A model generated the notes under the pieces. That model saw only the letters and a list, made by a program, of their open reading frames with translations. It had not been told where the DNA came from and did no database searches. A program made the translations under genes and the position numbers. 64,000 bases of DNA from Escherichia phage UE-S5a. This document shows, piece by piece, positions 30,787 through 41,772 of the stretch. The stretch lies in sequence record PP175015.1, one strand, 5' to 3'. Position 1 is the stretch's first letter. Each line of letters begins with the position of its first letter.

Positions 30787-31230
30787 TTAACTACGTTTAA
30801 GGCCAGCGAACAGTGAAGGTTTCGCAGCAGGTTTCTCTGCTGGTTCTTCAGCCTTAACCTCTTCCTGCACAACTTCTTCTTGTGCTTCTGGTTCAGTTAC
30901 TGCTTCTTCTTCAGGTTCCGGCGTAGAACTCTCGTTCGGACCACCAGTAGAGGTCTGGATTTCTTCTCCCTTTACCTCTTCAACCACTTCTTCTGGTTCC
31001 GGTTCTACCGGACGGTGTTTAGCTTCCTGAGGGTTCTTACGAGAACGACGTGTCTTCTTCTCTACCAAGGGCGGAGTATCATCGTTATGACTTACCTCTT
31101 CGTTAATACCAACGGAGGCTGTACCATCTGCATTGATGACAATACTAATGTCTCCAGCAAGATTGATTTGATCATCGACATAAGCCTGTACAGCAGCTTC
31201 TACTTCGGACTGGTTCAAAATGATTTGCAT
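30787..31230 (-). CDS. Acidic Glu/Pro-rich hypothetical protein
   Basis: 147 aa, ATG with AAGG RBS; low-complexity acidic C-terminal half. Confidence 0.5.
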   Translation of the reverse strand: MQIILNQSEVEAAVQAYVDDQINLAGDISIVINADGTASVGINEEVSHNDDTPPLVEKKTRRSRKNPQEAKHRPVEPEPEEVVEEVKGEEIQTSTGGPNESSTPEPEEEAVTEPEAQEEVVQEEVKAEEPAEKPAAKPSLFAGLKRS

Positions 31231-31231
31231 A

Positions 31232-31786
31232 TTACGCCTTTATTAAATTAAGAAGGTTTTGGAAAGCTGGGAGATTTACACCAGCGTGGATTGCACCGAT
31301 TGCATCTGCTAAGTGCTCATTCTTATTCAGAAGTTTACCTTTTTTATCTGTGAGCCAGTTGGCTTCTGGATAGATAGCATGGGCAGCACGAATCATCGTG
31401 TCTTTGGATGCAGTTTTATCACCGACCAGTGCAAGTTTATTTTCAATTGGGGATACTTCAAAGATTGGACAACCCAATGCACGAAATGCACCAATTAATC
31501 CTACGCATACGCCATAGGATTTCATACCGTTAGCAGACTGAGAGCCTACTGGTACTTCTACGAATACTGCTTTAGCAGACCGTAACCATTCTTCACAACC
31601 AAGAAACAAATCGTGAGCGGCTTGTATATCTTTGGAGTTGGTTCGAACTTGTTTGTTGTGGTCAACTTCAGTTTGAACCAGTTTAAGTTCGACCTGCTCG
31701 AAGACGCCGGACTCAATGTCCAGCATCCCACGAGCTAAACCCCAATTGCGGAGACTAATGTCTGCACCAACAATTGGGATTTTCAT
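31232..31786 (-). CDS. RuvC-like Holliday junction resolvase
   Basis: N-terminal MKIPIVGADISLRNWG (RuvC-type Asp), mid FVEVPVGS (Glu), C-terminal EHLADAIGAIHAG (Asp/His), resembling RuvC catalytic motifs. Confidence 0.55.
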   Translation of the reverse strand: MKIPIVGADISLRNWGLARGMLDIESGVFEQVELKLVQTEVDHNKQVRTNSKDIQAAHDLFLGCEEWLRSAKAVFVEVPVGSQSANGMKSYGVCVGLIGAFRALGCPIFEVSPIENKLALVGDKTASKDTMIRAAHAIYPEANWLTDKKGKLLNKNEHLADAIGAIHAGVNLPAFQNLLNLIKA

Positions 31787-32583
31787 TAACGTTTACCGAA
31801 CAGTGATTTACCACCAGCAGGAGCAGTACCCGTGCCAGCACTTGGTTTAGGAGGCAAGCCACCTTTGCCATTACCACCAGCAGAACCCTTGGTCTTATCA
31901 CGGGTTTTACCCTTGTTCTTTTCTAACCATGCTGCATAAAATACAGCCAGTTCTGGGGTCAGTTCTTTCTCAGCCTTCTCTGCTTCCTGAGCCTCGACGA
32001 CTGTGACCAGCAGTTCCGGGTGAAACACTTTCTGAATCTCGTTTACTTCACGGGTTTCACCGGAATCAACGTAACCGTTGTCACCCTTAACCTGCTTAGA
32101 TTCCAGAACCTTTTCCAGGGCGAAGGTAACAGTCTGACCAACCAGGTCTACTGGAACCATGACAGATTTATTAACTTCTGCTTTAGCATCGAAGTCATAG
32201 ACTTTAACAATCTTCTCTTCGAAGTCAGCTTCAGGCAGTTCCGTACCGGTAGCCATCAGCATCATGTCGTTAATGACGGTGTATCCCGGCAGGAAGTATT
32301 CTTTACCGTTCTTCTCGTAAGTAGGCTTATTGCCTTTAGAATTACCAGAAGTGAAGTACACCTGTGAACGGAACTCGCCAGCATCATTACCATCAGAACC
32401 TTTCAGGTTTTCAATGATTAACTGCATCCAGTCTGCACCAGAGTCAGCTTTACCTACGTAAGCTACTTTTACAGTACCGGTGTAGATATCTGACTCCTTT
32501 GCACCGAAGCCACCACCACCAAGGGAGTCTTTTACAGCTTCAACGTTTTTGGTTTTTTCTTTCAAGTTACTGAACAGTGACAT
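31786..32583 (-). CDS. ssb: Single-stranded DNA-binding protein (N4 gp45-like by size and position)
   Basis: 265 aa (matches recalled N4 SSB length); Gly-rich C-terminal tail; lies between primase-like and resolvase genes. Confidence 0.5.
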   Translation of the reverse strand: MSLFSNLKEKTKNVEAVKDSLGGGGFGAKESDIYTGTVKVAYVGKADSGADWMQLIIENLKGSDGNDAGEFRSQVYFTSGNSKGNKPTYEKNGKEYFLPGYTVINDMMLMATGTELPEADFEEKIVKVYDFDAKAEVNKSVMVPVDLVGQTVTFALEKVLESKQVKGDNGYVDSGETREVNEIQKVFHPELLVTVVEAQEAEKAEKELTPELAVFYAAWLEKNKGKTRDKTKGSAGGNGKGGLPPKPSAGTGTAPAGGKSLFGKR

Positions 32584-32623
32584 AATATTTTTCCTAATAA
32601 GTGATTAACAACCAGGCAAACGC

Positions 32624-33376
32624 TTAAGCGTAGTATTCAGCCAGATGGTCTAAGAGTTTCTGGGCATCATTATCAATGTAAGTCTCAGACTTATCGAACA
32701 TACCCATTGGGGAACGTAGACGTTTACCAACAGACTTCTTGGTTGGGCGAGTCTGGAATACGTGCTTATAACCTAAGTCACGTTCTTCTTCGGTAATTTC
32801 AAGCATCTTGTTGCCATACTTCTCCAGCTCTTTAATGTCTACACGCTCTGCGTAAACCACTGTAGAGAAGTAAGCCTCAAGACCATTGTTCTTCAGAGAA
32901 CCTTTCACTGGGATGAATGTTTTAATCACACCAGCAGCTTCGTCGAGTTCATCTTTGGCATGGGCAGTAATAATTACTGGCTTACCAAATTTAACAACTT
33001 TCTGTTGCAGCAGTATTTTAAAGAACTGTGCAAAATCTCCCCATGCCTTCTGAGTATTAGCAGATGGCAGTACATACTGAGATTCCAGCATATCCATCAT
33101 GAAGGTAGCAGAGTCGATAATGATTCCATCAACATCGTCTGCCATTTCACCACCTGGGGATGCAACATCAAATGCTTCCCAAATCTGATATGGGTCTTCA
33201 ATGTTGTAGGTATTGAATTTGTTACGGAAGGGTAGACGTTTGCCCGCTTCAGTATTCAGATATAGCCAGCGTTCCTGGTTCCTGATGTTACGCAGTGATG
33301 CTGATTTACCACTCGCTGAGAATCCTGCAATCAGGATTAGCTGAGTGTTCATATCATTGGAGATTTCTTCGGACAT
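32624..33376 (-). CDS. P-loop (RecA/Sak4-like) ATPase
   Basis: Walker A LILIAGFSASGKSAS; Walker B-like GIIIDSATF; about 250 aa as for phage Sak4-type ATPases. Confidence 0.45.
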   Translation of the reverse strand: MSEEISNDMNTQLILIAGFSASGKSASLRNIRNQERWLYLNTEAGKRLPFRNKFNTYNIEDPYQIWEAFDVASPGGEMADDVDGIIIDSATFMMDMLESQYVLPSANTQKAWGDFAQFFKILLQQKVVKFGKPVIITAHAKDELDEAAGVIKTFIPVKGSLKNNGLEAYFSTVVYAERVDIKELEKYGNKMLEITEEERDLGYKHVFQTRPTKKSVGKRLRSPMGMFDKSETYIDNDAQKLLDHLAEYYA

Positions 33377-33432
33377 TATTTTTCCTCGTTTAATTTAGGA
33401 GTCCTTCAAACCAAAGAAAGACTCCTGTTTAC

Positions 33433-35586
33433 TTATTTGCCAGCGTAGCGTTTAGCCACGGTGACCATTACGGTTGCATTCAATTCATCATCTGGTAATG
33501 GATTAGCCAGTTTCTTATTGAATGTGTGGACGGCTTGCTGTACTTGAGCAAAGTCCCAACCACTGTCAACCAATGCCAGTGCGTACTTAATCATTTGATT
33601 ATTACGATTACCGGAGGCAATACGACTAGCGAACCAACGCTCCAGATTATCCAACGACTGTACTTCCTTCATCTGGTTCTGGAACTGCTCGTTCTTACTA
33701 GTACGAGGAATAAAGTCACGCACATCTAACAGATTCGCATCAAGATTGTAATGATAGGAACCAGTCTCACAGGACATCCACTTCTTGGCTCGTTGGTTAG
33801 CAGACTCATCTGTTTCAAATGGTAGCCAAGCCATAACGTTATTCATGAACTCTTTGTATTCCTCAGTGTCGAGGTGTAACTCATAGTTCATTGGAATAAT
33901 CAGACGGAAGCGGTTCTCTTCATCAGTATGACGCTTGGTGGTATAGGTCATGAACTTATATTCCTTCATTAGTTCATGGCACGTATGCAGGGGTACTCCA
34001 CCATCACAGTCAATAACAATCATGTTAAATCCTGGGATAACATTTTCTTCAGAACGATGCCCATTCTTCATGTGATGGTTTACCCAGTGCATACCGGGAG
34101 CTTGGGTTAATACATGCAACTGGTCGAACGGTACACGTTCACCAATGTAGTCATAAGCAAAGCTATCACTATACGCCACAATCATCTCATTGATGTCTGT
34201 CTCTTTAAGAGTTTCACCACGGAAGAACTCAATACCTTCATTGAAGGTCTTCTTAATGATGATGTGCTGCTTGTAACCCCATGCTGTAGCAAGAGTCATC
34301 ATCTCATTACGAGCTGCATTACCACTCTTATAGAATGGTAAAGACTCCACCAAATCAGCATGGGTTACTTCTTTACCTACAGAAGCAATGTACTTAGCCA
34401 GCTTCACATAAGCCTTCTCACGATTGAGGATTGTCTGAAATGCTGCTCCAGATTCTTCTACAAGCAGAATTGCTTGTTTAAGGTGGGTCATCTCAATGAA
34501 TGAACTTTGGTCAACAAACGCCAGTGCACCTGCCAGCTTAAGTGCTTTGAAATAACGGTGAGAAATTTCAGCTTTACGAATATCTTCATGGTCAGCCATA
34601 GCTTCTGCTTGCTTCTCACAATCAATTTTGTAAGCAATCAGAGCAATACCCACGGCATCTTCTACAACCATCTTAAAACCAAACAGGTTTGGGTCAGCCA
34701 GACTATGGAAATGGTTAGCCCACTTACCAAGAGTCTGTACGTTATCTTGTTTAATCAGGTTACGGTAGATTTCTTCCGGGGTTAGTGTTGCATGTGCTCT
34801 CTTGTCTAAGTGACCAGTAGCAAACAGACAGCGACGTGCATACCCTATATCGAGAAAGCCATAGAACTGGTCTTCAGTCTGACCACCATCCAGCAGCTTA
34901 CTCGGAGTACCGAACAGCAGCAGGTTAGTTGGAGTTTTTCCATCCAATTCTTCACCACGAACGCTTTCAGCAGTATTCTTGGTTAGCTTCTGTTTTACTT
35001 TTCCCTGGTCATATAACTCCAGGAATAGGGTTAGTACATCCATGTTAGCCAACAGGTTCGAACCAATTTCATCAATCTGAAGATTGATTGAACCACACCC
35101 AGCCATTAACAGCTTATGCCGTAGCTGTTTAACTGCTGGTGGAGTACCAGAGTCAAACGTAAACGGATATGCCCCGGCACGTTTATACTCTGCTTCAACT
35201 TTATCAAACTCTTCCTGCTGGTCAGTACCCTGACGAGCAGAACGTTCGTTAGCAATCTTCCATAGACGATCATTTGCAATGACGGGCATGGTGTCTTCCA
35301 TAAAGCGTTTACGGAAGCCAGACATGAACCCGTCTTCAATGATATTTACTGAGTGACCTTTACCGAAACCAGATGTAGCCAACGCTATAGCGTAGATGTT
35401 TACCGGCAGGTCACCACGGTCTTTAGTTACAATGGTTGCACCCATGCAGGATGCCATTTTAGCCAAGAAGTAGGCTACTTCGACACGGAAGAATCCCCGG
35501 TCATTATTCTGGGTTTTATTGCAGAGCACATCTACGATTTCTTCAATCGCCTGATGATGCACTACTCCGGTAAGGTCAATACTCAT
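33433..35586 (-). CDS. Putative DNA primase / replication initiation protein (N4 gp43-like by size and position)
   Basis: Track start 35643 is TTG; ATG at 35586 overlaps upstream stop (ATGA); about 717 aa. Confidence 0.45.
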   Translation of the reverse strand: MSIDLTGVVHHQAIEEIVDVLCNKTQNNDRGFFRVEVAYFLAKMASCMGATIVTKDRGDLPVNIYAIALATSGFGKGHSVNIIEDGFMSGFRKRFMEDTMPVIANDRLWKIANERSARQGTDQQEEFDKVEAEYKRAGAYPFTFDSGTPPAVKQLRHKLLMAGCGSINLQIDEIGSNLLANMDVLTLFLELYDQGKVKQKLTKNTAESVRGEELDGKTPTNLLLFGTPSKLLDGGQTEDQFYGFLDIGYARRCLFATGHLDKRAHATLTPEEIYRNLIKQDNVQTLGKWANHFHSLADPNLFGFKMVVEDAVGIALIAYKIDCEKQAEAMADHEDIRKAEISHRYFKALKLAGALAFVDQSSFIEMTHLKQAILLVEESGAAFQTILNREKAYVKLAKYIASVGKEVTHADLVESLPFYKSGNAARNEMMTLATAWGYKQHIIIKKTFNEGIEFFRGETLKETDINEMIVAYSDSFAYDYIGERVPFDQLHVLTQAPGMHWVNHHMKNGHRSEENVIPGFNMIVIDCDGGVPLHTCHELMKEYKFMTYTTKRHTDEENRFRLIIPMNYELHLDTEEYKEFMNNVMAWLPFETDESANQRAKKWMSCETGSYHYNLDANLLDVRDFIPRTSKNEQFQNQMKEVQSLDNLERWFASRIASGNRNNQMIKYALALVDSGWDFAQVQQAVHTFNKKLANPLPDDELNATVMVTVAKRYAGK

Positions 35587-36563
35587 GATGGAAAATATCT
35601 CTCTCTTTGTTTGCAAATGGATGCGACAGGGCAGTATAAACAACGCTTAACCTGCCCCTCCACGACCTTGATAGCACCCTTGCCACCTTTTTCAGCCATG
35701 AAGATACGAGCAGATGCCATATCGTCAAAGTTTTTGGTACTTCTGGCTCCAGGCATATCTACCTTAGAAGCATCAGAGAAGTATTTGAACTGTGGCTCTG
35801 TTCGCCACAACTCCTCGTCAGTACATTCAGGAATTTCCTCTTCAGGAGCATCCCAGTACTTTTCGATGAGATGTATCTTCTCTTCTACCCAACGTTCAGT
35901 CTTATCGACAGATAACAACGGAATATCCTTATGCATAATACGATTAGCAGGATAGTTCGGATTGCTATTAGCCATGTGTTTCATGAAGTCAGTGAAGATG
36001 TAGTTAATACGGATTACATCCTCGGTAATGATGTCGTTGTGAATCCAACGGTACAAGCTACCTTGCATCTTGTGTTCATCATCACGGGAACCAGCAACCC
36101 AGGAATAGGTTGAGGTAGACTTAAAGTCTTGCAATAGACCTTCTGTTACGATGTCGAACTTACCCCCGATAGTCCAACCCTTAACTACCCTGGTTCCACG
36201 TTGTTCAATGTAGATTGGGATAAGGTCAGGGTTAGCATCAAAGTCTGCTTTGGTTGGGTTAATGACTACTGCATCAATTACTCGCTGAGGATAGCCCAGC
36301 TTCTTCAATGCAGTCTTATGACCCAGCTTCCAGGCTTTCTCAATAGAATCGTGTAAGCCAGTACCCATTGATGTGGAGACAAAATCCATAACATCAATTG
36401 ACTGGTCACTGAGGTCTACACGATGCTTCATGACGATTTGCTTAAGTGGCTTAAGCAGTGTGGTTACAGACAGATACTTAGGATTGTCTACATAATCATA
36501 CTCGTCATGTAATAGCCATACAGCCAGGGCCAGCGAGACATCATGGTTGTTGGTTATCTTCAT
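35583..36563 (-). CDS. Putative nuclease with C-terminal Cys cluster (PD-(D/E)XK-like)
   Basis: 326 aa; C-terminal RCLYCPVASICK Cys cluster as in Cas4/RecB-type nucleases; low-confidence family call. Confidence 0.35.
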   Translation of the reverse strand: MKITNNHDVSLALAVWLLHDEYDYVDNPKYLSVTTLLKPLKQIVMKHRVDLSDQSIDVMDFVSTSMGTGLHDSIEKAWKLGHKTALKKLGYPQRVIDAVVINPTKADFDANPDLIPIYIEQRGTRVVKGWTIGGKFDIVTEGLLQDFKSTSTYSWVAGSRDDEHKMQGSLYRWIHNDIITEDVIRINYIFTDFMKHMANSNPNYPANRIMHKDIPLLSVDKTERWVEEKIHLIEKYWDAPEEEIPECTDEELWRTEPQFKYFSDASKVDMPGARSTKNFDDMASARIFMAEKGGKGAIKVVEGQVKRCLYCPVASICKQRERYFPS

Positions 36564-37030
36564 CAGTAAGTAATCCTGTATCTATGCACCTGGTTCCAAC
36601 GAATACTCTCTACCTCATCGAAGCTATAGCTGACTATGTTATCTAGTTCACCTTTGTACGCTACCTCAATGAACTGAAAGTTCACTGTTAGATAAGGCTT
36701 TCCATTCCCCGGGTAATGCCAGCATCTCCCAGTAGCAGTGATATCTGTGGCAGGTAATTCATCTACTAACTTCTCTTTAGTAAGAATACGATTAGCGTAA
36801 TGAACCAATTTCTCACAGTCATAAACTGAAGTGTTTCCAGGTTTACCATTACCCATACGGGCAGCAGCATTTCGCCATAGAGCTTTAAAGGCACAACCTT
36901 CATCGAAGGTCATGCCCAGCGCTTGGATAATATCCTCACACTCTGCTTGGTATGGCTCTTGCTCTTTCCGTTGGGGATTCTTAATTGTAACTACATAGTA
37001 GTTATTAAGACCACCGGAGAGCTTAGTCAT
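36563..37030 (-). CDS. Hypothetical protein
   Basis: 155-aa ORF in operon, ATG start, translationally coupled. Confidence 0.45.
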   Translation of the reverse strand: MTKLSGGLNNYYVVTIKNPQRKEQEPYQAECEDIIQALGMTFDEGCAFKALWRNAAARMGNGKPGNTSVYDCEKLVHYANRILTKEKLVDELPATDITATGRCWHYPGNGKPYLTVNFQFIEVAYKGELDNIVSYSFDEVESIRWNQVHRYRITY

Positions 37031-37335
37031 TATTCCCCCTTGGGAATCATGTTTGCCTGGAACTCTGGTTCAGACATCAGGCCCAGGTTGTTAATAGATA
37101 GATAAACAATATCTTTCAAATCAACTGAGGTATCGAAACGCTGATCCAGACTAATCTTCAGTGAGTGATTGGCACGAGCCAAATCTTTATAGGTCACATG
37201 AGGTTCGTCAGTGAGCAGCATTGTGTTCATGGTAAGCAGGGAGCCATCATCAGCTTTAGGAAGCTGGAAGATTACCTGTGCTGCCACCATCCAATGATAC
37301 TTTTTGACTACAGTTTCTTTAGTACTTTTGGTCAT
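37030..37335 (-). CDS. Hypothetical protein
   Basis: 101-aa ORF overlapping neighbours by 1-4 nt. Confidence 0.45.
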   Translation of the reverse strand: MTKSTKETVVKKYHWMVAAQVIFQLPKADDGSLLTMNTMLLTDEPHVTYKDLARANHSLKISLDQRFDTSVDLKDIVYLSINNLGLMSEPEFQANMIPKGE

Positions 37336-39911
37336 GCGAATGCCTTTTGAATTATTTGATGAACTTCTTCTGGGGTAGCGTGATTTGGAATTTCAATCTC
37401 GTTAGCCCACGTTGGGTAAAACAAGGATAGTTCCCCACCCAAACCAACTTCTGGATGAGCAATATCAGGATGATCCTGCCAGTTAACGGCTTCAACCAAG
37501 TGCTTGTTCGTATACTGCAAGGTGTCCATGTTATCGCGAATCATGAAGTATTGGGCATCATGAATGTGAATACAAGGGCGTATATCTAACCTGAACTCAC
37601 TGGTTCTGACTTTACGCATAAACTCTGAGCCAGCACGGTTATTCAGTAGACACCAGCTTTGACCTAATGCGTTACCAGCAGTTCTGCCTTCTGCTTCTGC
37701 TTCATATGGAGTCTTACATGTCCCACGTAATACCTGAGCCAGTAAAGGAGTACGCACTCTCAAACCAAATGCAGCAGTTACATAACCAGTCTTAGCAGCT
37801 TCATCTAGCTTAGCCTGAACCCACATATCACTAACTACATAGAGATCGTGATAACGTTTCTCTGTAGTCTTAGCCTTCTCTTCGGAGAAGCCACAGTTTT
37901 TCATTAAGCCCATATAAGTACCACCATAGGTAAGTAAGAAGGTTGGAGCCTTCGAGTCACTACGCAATGATTTGTACTTATGCTGAATGGAGTTAATGGA
38001 TTCTACTGTGTCTTCAATGTCTGGCATCTGCTCACCAAAATAAGCATATGCGCGAAGACTATGACCGTCATAACCATCGGTATATACCTTAAGCTTCTGT
38101 GGGTCTTTAGTCGTCAGTGCAGAGATTCTGTCTTCCAGCGAGGCGAAATCCAAGCCGCAAAATATCCAGCCTGGAGGAGCTTCGAAGCATTTCTTAATCT
38201 TCTTGGCATATTTAGAGCCGGATGGAATTGTTTGTAGATTTGGCTCTGAAGCCGATAACCTACCGGAGACTGTGCCTCCCAGATTGAGGTTACCGAACAG
38301 GTAGTGCCAGCCATCTGGTCCCGGTTGGGCATTCCTGAAAGCTGGTATAAAGCTAGTGATAATCTTATCCACGAGCTTATAGTCGATAAGTGCATTGAGC
38401 AGTTCCTTAACATCTTCACTCTGCGTATGTGTACGCAGTGCTTTAATAGTGTCACCGTCAGTAGCAGGTTGCTTGCTCTTAGTAAGACCAAGAACCGGTA
38501 AGCCGATATAATCAAATAACAACTTCTGTAGTTGTGGACCAGAGTTAGGATTAAACTCGATGTCACAATCAGCCAGTGTTACCTGTTTCTTTTTCAACTT
38601 AGCATTCTTATCGTCTACCCATTCCTGACGAAGCATCAGGGTAAAGTTCTTCATGAGGTTAGACTCACGAATAGTTTTCAGAGCCTGGTTCCTGTCAGTT
38701 TCCATTTCTTCAGCTACTTGGTTAACGGTTTCCATATTCATGGGCATACCGGTTAACTGCATCTGAATAATGTCTTCACAGGCTGGTTTAAAGATGTTGT
38801 TGTAAACATCTAGTTGGTCATCGGCAATGAGAGTATCCCAGTGCTTCTCATAAGTGTACCAAGTACACAATCCATCAATGAGGTTGTAGCGTAGCAATTG
38901 CTCATTGGGTATAAGACGTATGTCTTTAATATCATCCTGAGCATAGTTACCAGCATATTCCTGAGCCTGGTCTTTCAGACTAAGGTGATTACCAGCACAA
39001 CTGTTAGTAGCCAAGTAGGTAATTAACTTAGTACAGTCCCAATTGCGTAGCATGATCTCCATGCCGTGCAGTAAGCCTTCCGTATCAATCAGGTTATCCA
39101 TGAACAGCTGATAGATAAGTATGTACACGTCATAGCTAATGTTGTGATACATCTGCCGTTGGGTGTACTTAATGAAGAACTCACGCAGAAGGTTTCGAAC
39201 AATATCATTACGGTTGATACGCCCGTATGGTGCTTCTGTAGCCCCAGGAATTGGCTCGTAGTCCACATTAAAGGCTATGCCTTGTGTCTTACTCCAACAG
39301 AATGTAATTGTTCCTATACCAGCGTTATAATGCTTTAAACCGAATGCTTCGATGTCTATAGCCAAAGGCTTATTCATCTCAAGCAACTGGTCTAACCAGG
39401 CTTTAATCTTCTCAGGAGTATCTGGATAGGCTTCAAACTCAATGATTCCCTGACCTGGTTCAGCATACTGCCCACGTATATGGTTGAGTAATGCATCCAT
39501 ACCCTGAGCAATCTTGGATTTCACTACAGGTGGGTCATAAAATACCTGCCTGTAGCTAGGCGTATAGATAACCTTCTGCTTACCCCATACTGAGTCACAA
39601 ACATAGCCGAGGTTAGCCTCTGCTTTAGCTTCCTTAGTCAGTATTTTAAAGTAGTCAGAATCGGTACAGATAATGTATTGAGTTTCCGCATCATCCAGTA
39701 CTTGTTGCAGTTCCTGCTGTATGAACTCCTTAATCTCCCTTGCAGGAGTCTTCTTCTTGCCTGGAGCAGAATGAAGTTCAATGAAGATGAAGTCTTCCAT
39801 GCTTAGGTCATAAGGCAGCAGGTAGGTTTTAATCATCTCCTCCCTTCGGATTTGATGACCGAGGATAGCAATAGGATACTTACCAGTATCCTGAGAGGTG
39901 ATGTAACGCAT
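37332..39911 (-). CDS. DNA polymerase, family A with 3'-5' exonuclease domain (N4 gp39-like)
   Basis: Exo I LAIDIEAFG; motif A GLDFASLEDR; motif B RSDSKAPTFLLTYGGTY; motif C HIHDAQYF. Confidence 0.85.
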   Translation of the reverse strand: MRYITSQDTGKYPIAILGHQIRREEMIKTYLLPYDLSMEDFIFIELHSAPGKKKTPAREIKEFIQQELQQVLDDAETQYIICTDSDYFKILTKEAKAEANLGYVCDSVWGKQKVIYTPSYRQVFYDPPVVKSKIAQGMDALLNHIRGQYAEPGQGIIEFEAYPDTPEKIKAWLDQLLEMNKPLAIDIEAFGLKHYNAGIGTITFCWSKTQGIAFNVDYEPIPGATEAPYGRINRNDIVRNLLREFFIKYTQRQMYHNISYDVYILIYQLFMDNLIDTEGLLHGMEIMLRNWDCTKLITYLATNSCAGNHLSLKDQAQEYAGNYAQDDIKDIRLIPNEQLLRYNLIDGLCTWYTYEKHWDTLIADDQLDVYNNIFKPACEDIIQMQLTGMPMNMETVNQVAEEMETDRNQALKTIRESNLMKNFTLMLRQEWVDDKNAKLKKKQVTLADCDIEFNPNSGPQLQKLLFDYIGLPVLGLTKSKQPATDGDTIKALRTHTQSEDVKELLNALIDYKLVDKIITSFIPAFRNAQPGPDGWHYLFGNLNLGGTVSGRLSASEPNLQTIPSGSKYAKKIKKCFEAPPGWIFCGLDFASLEDRISALTTKDPQKLKVYTDGYDGHSLRAYAYFGEQMPDIEDTVESINSIQHKYKSLRSDSKAPTFLLTYGGTYMGLMKNCGFSEEKAKTTEKRYHDLYVVSDMWVQAKLDEAAKTGYVTAAFGLRVRTPLLAQVLRGTCKTPYEAEAEGRTAGNALGQSWCLLNNRAGSEFMRKVRTSEFRLDIRPCIHIHDAQYFMIRDNMDTLQYTNKHLVEAVNWQDHPDIAHPEVGLGGELSLFYPTWANEIEIPNHATPEEVHQIIQKAFA

Positions 39912-39920
39912 AGCTTTACC

Positions 39921-40451
39921 TTAGAAAATCAGATGGGAAGCTGCATAGTACTCAATAGAAGGCAGAATCTTCTCATACTGCTTAATTGCCATAGCATCAC
40001 CAGCAAGTGTCCAGGCTGCTTCACGAATACGTGGCAGTTCCTTGTACTTACCAGTCTGGTCTTGGGCTACCAGACACTCAGGTAAAGCATCACGTACATC
40101 CTGATAGGACATACAACCACGAACCAGACGATATACAGTCTGGTTCACAAGGTGTACTTCCATAATCAAACGACTGGAGGCTTTCAGATACTTGTCCATT
40201 GCAGGCCATAGTTCTGGATTAAGAGTTAGCCGCTCACCGTAGGTGGGAGGTCTGGTAGCATTAGAACGCTGATAGAACTCTCCCTGGTGAAGGAATCCAG
40301 CCGATACATCTACACCGTTAATACGGTCATTCTTATCAATAATACTGTTTAACACACCATCAAGACGAACCAGTTCTGCTAAGAACAGATGCTTGACTAT
40401 CTCGCTACTATTGGCAACCTGACCAATAGTCGCTGAACCAATCTGAGGCAT
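39921..40451 (-). CDS. Hypothetical protein
   Basis: 176-aa ORF between polymerase and helicase. Confidence 0.45.
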   Translation of the reverse strand: MPQIGSATIGQVANSSEIVKHLFLAELVRLDGVLNSIIDKNDRINGVDVSAGFLHQGEFYQRSNATRPPTYGERLTLNPELWPAMDKYLKASSRLIMEVHLVNQTVYRLVRGCMSYQDVRDALPECLVAQDQTGKYKELPRIREAAWTLAGDAMAIKQYEKILPSIEYYAASHLIF

Positions 40452-40461
40452 ATATCCTCCC

Positions 40462-41772
40462 TTAGAAAGTTAGACCACCGTACTTACTGGCAAGATTGCC
40501 ATAGAACACTACTCGCTTACGGGCACGAGACACAGCGACGTAAAGCAGACGGGCAACCATATCTGGTTGGCGACAGCTTGAGAGGTCATTTGCATCAATG
40601 AAGATTGTGTCGTAAGTAGAGCCTTGTGATTTATGGACAGTACATGCATGAGTAGCACGCAGGTCTGGAATGGTTTCTTTAAGACGGAAGTAAGGTTCCC
40701 AGTTCTTCTCCTTACCTAACCACTTAACCAAACGGTTGAAGTAGTCTGGGTCAGTAGGTACTGGAACTTCACTTACAATGCCACCATAGCCTAGGTCAAG
40801 AGTACTATCACGAACTTCCAGTTCCAGGTCACCTGTAACCTTAATCATGCGAGTACTACTATCCTGGTCAATGAGTTTTACGTCCTGTTCAATAGATAAA
40901 CGATTATCCACACCCAAGCGAACAGCAGAGTTAGAAACTAACTGTTCACCGATGGAGTATTCACCCACATAACCGTTAGCTTCACGAATGTAGTTATTGT
41001 AATTAATAACCTGGTCATTTGTGTAAGCAACAATACGGCTGTTGGTAGGTTGAGTGAAGTGACTGAGAACCAATTTCTCCATCTCTTCCTCCTGTACCCA
41101 GTCAATGATACCTGGGATACATTTAATTGGCAGGAAGCCTGTCTTACCTTCCACCGTATCACGCAATTGCTGGTGCAATACTTTAAGTTCCGGTGCATCA
41201 GTACGCATCTGTTCAGTCAGATAGTGTGTTGGGATATTACCTGCGTATACCGGAGACTTATTCTCTTTAACAGGCAAAAGCTGAGAAGCATCACCTACAA
41301 ATACCAGTTTGCACTGGTGAGTACCTTCACGAGCATACTTAAGTAACTGACGGTCAATCATGGATGCTTCGTCTACGAAGATGATTTTGTTCTTCTTAAT
41401 ATTGAATGATTTAGATGGTACGACATTAGCCTCGCCAGTCTTAAAATCATTCTTAACAATCAGACCCTGGAAGGAGTGATAGGTAGATGTTGGACGTCCT
41501 GTAGCTTGAGCCAGAACTTCAGCAGCTTTGTTCGTGGTCGCAGTCATGACGACTTCGTTATACAGGGGCTTGGTTCCCATGAGAGAACAAGTTTCCATGT
41601 ATGCAGGCATAGTGTCATCAATGAGGTGCGACATCAGGAATGTCTTACCAGTACCACCTGGGCCTGAAATTCCAAATTCGGTAGCATTAGGGTCGAGCAG
41701 GAAGTCGAAGAACTCCTTCGCAACCGCTTCTTGCCCCTTGTTCAGTGGGGCTTTGGTAGGTTTGGAAAACAT
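40462..41772 (-). CDS. SF1 DNA helicase (Dda/RecD-like)
   Basis: Walker A GPGGTGKTF; Walker B IIFVDEASMI; C-terminal HKSQGSTYD helicase motif. Confidence 0.75.
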   Translation of the reverse strand: MFSKPTKAPLNKGQEAVAKEFFDFLLDPNATEFGISGPGGTGKTFLMSHLIDDTMPAYMETCSLMGTKPLYNEVVMTATTNKAAEVLAQATGRPTSTYHSFQGLIVKNDFKTGEANVVPSKSFNIKKNKIIFVDEASMIDRQLLKYAREGTHQCKLVFVGDASQLLPVKENKSPVYAGNIPTHYLTEQMRTDAPELKVLHQQLRDTVEGKTGFLPIKCIPGIIDWVQEEEMEKLVLSHFTQPTNSRIVAYTNDQVINYNNYIREANGYVGEYSIGEQLVSNSAVRLGVDNRLSIEQDVKLIDQDSSTRMIKVTGDLELEVRDSTLDLGYGGIVSEVPVPTDPDYFNRLVKWLGKEKNWEPYFRLKETIPDLRATHACTVHKSQGSTYDTIFIDANDLSSCRQPDMVARLLYVAVSRARKRVVFYGNLASKYGGLTF

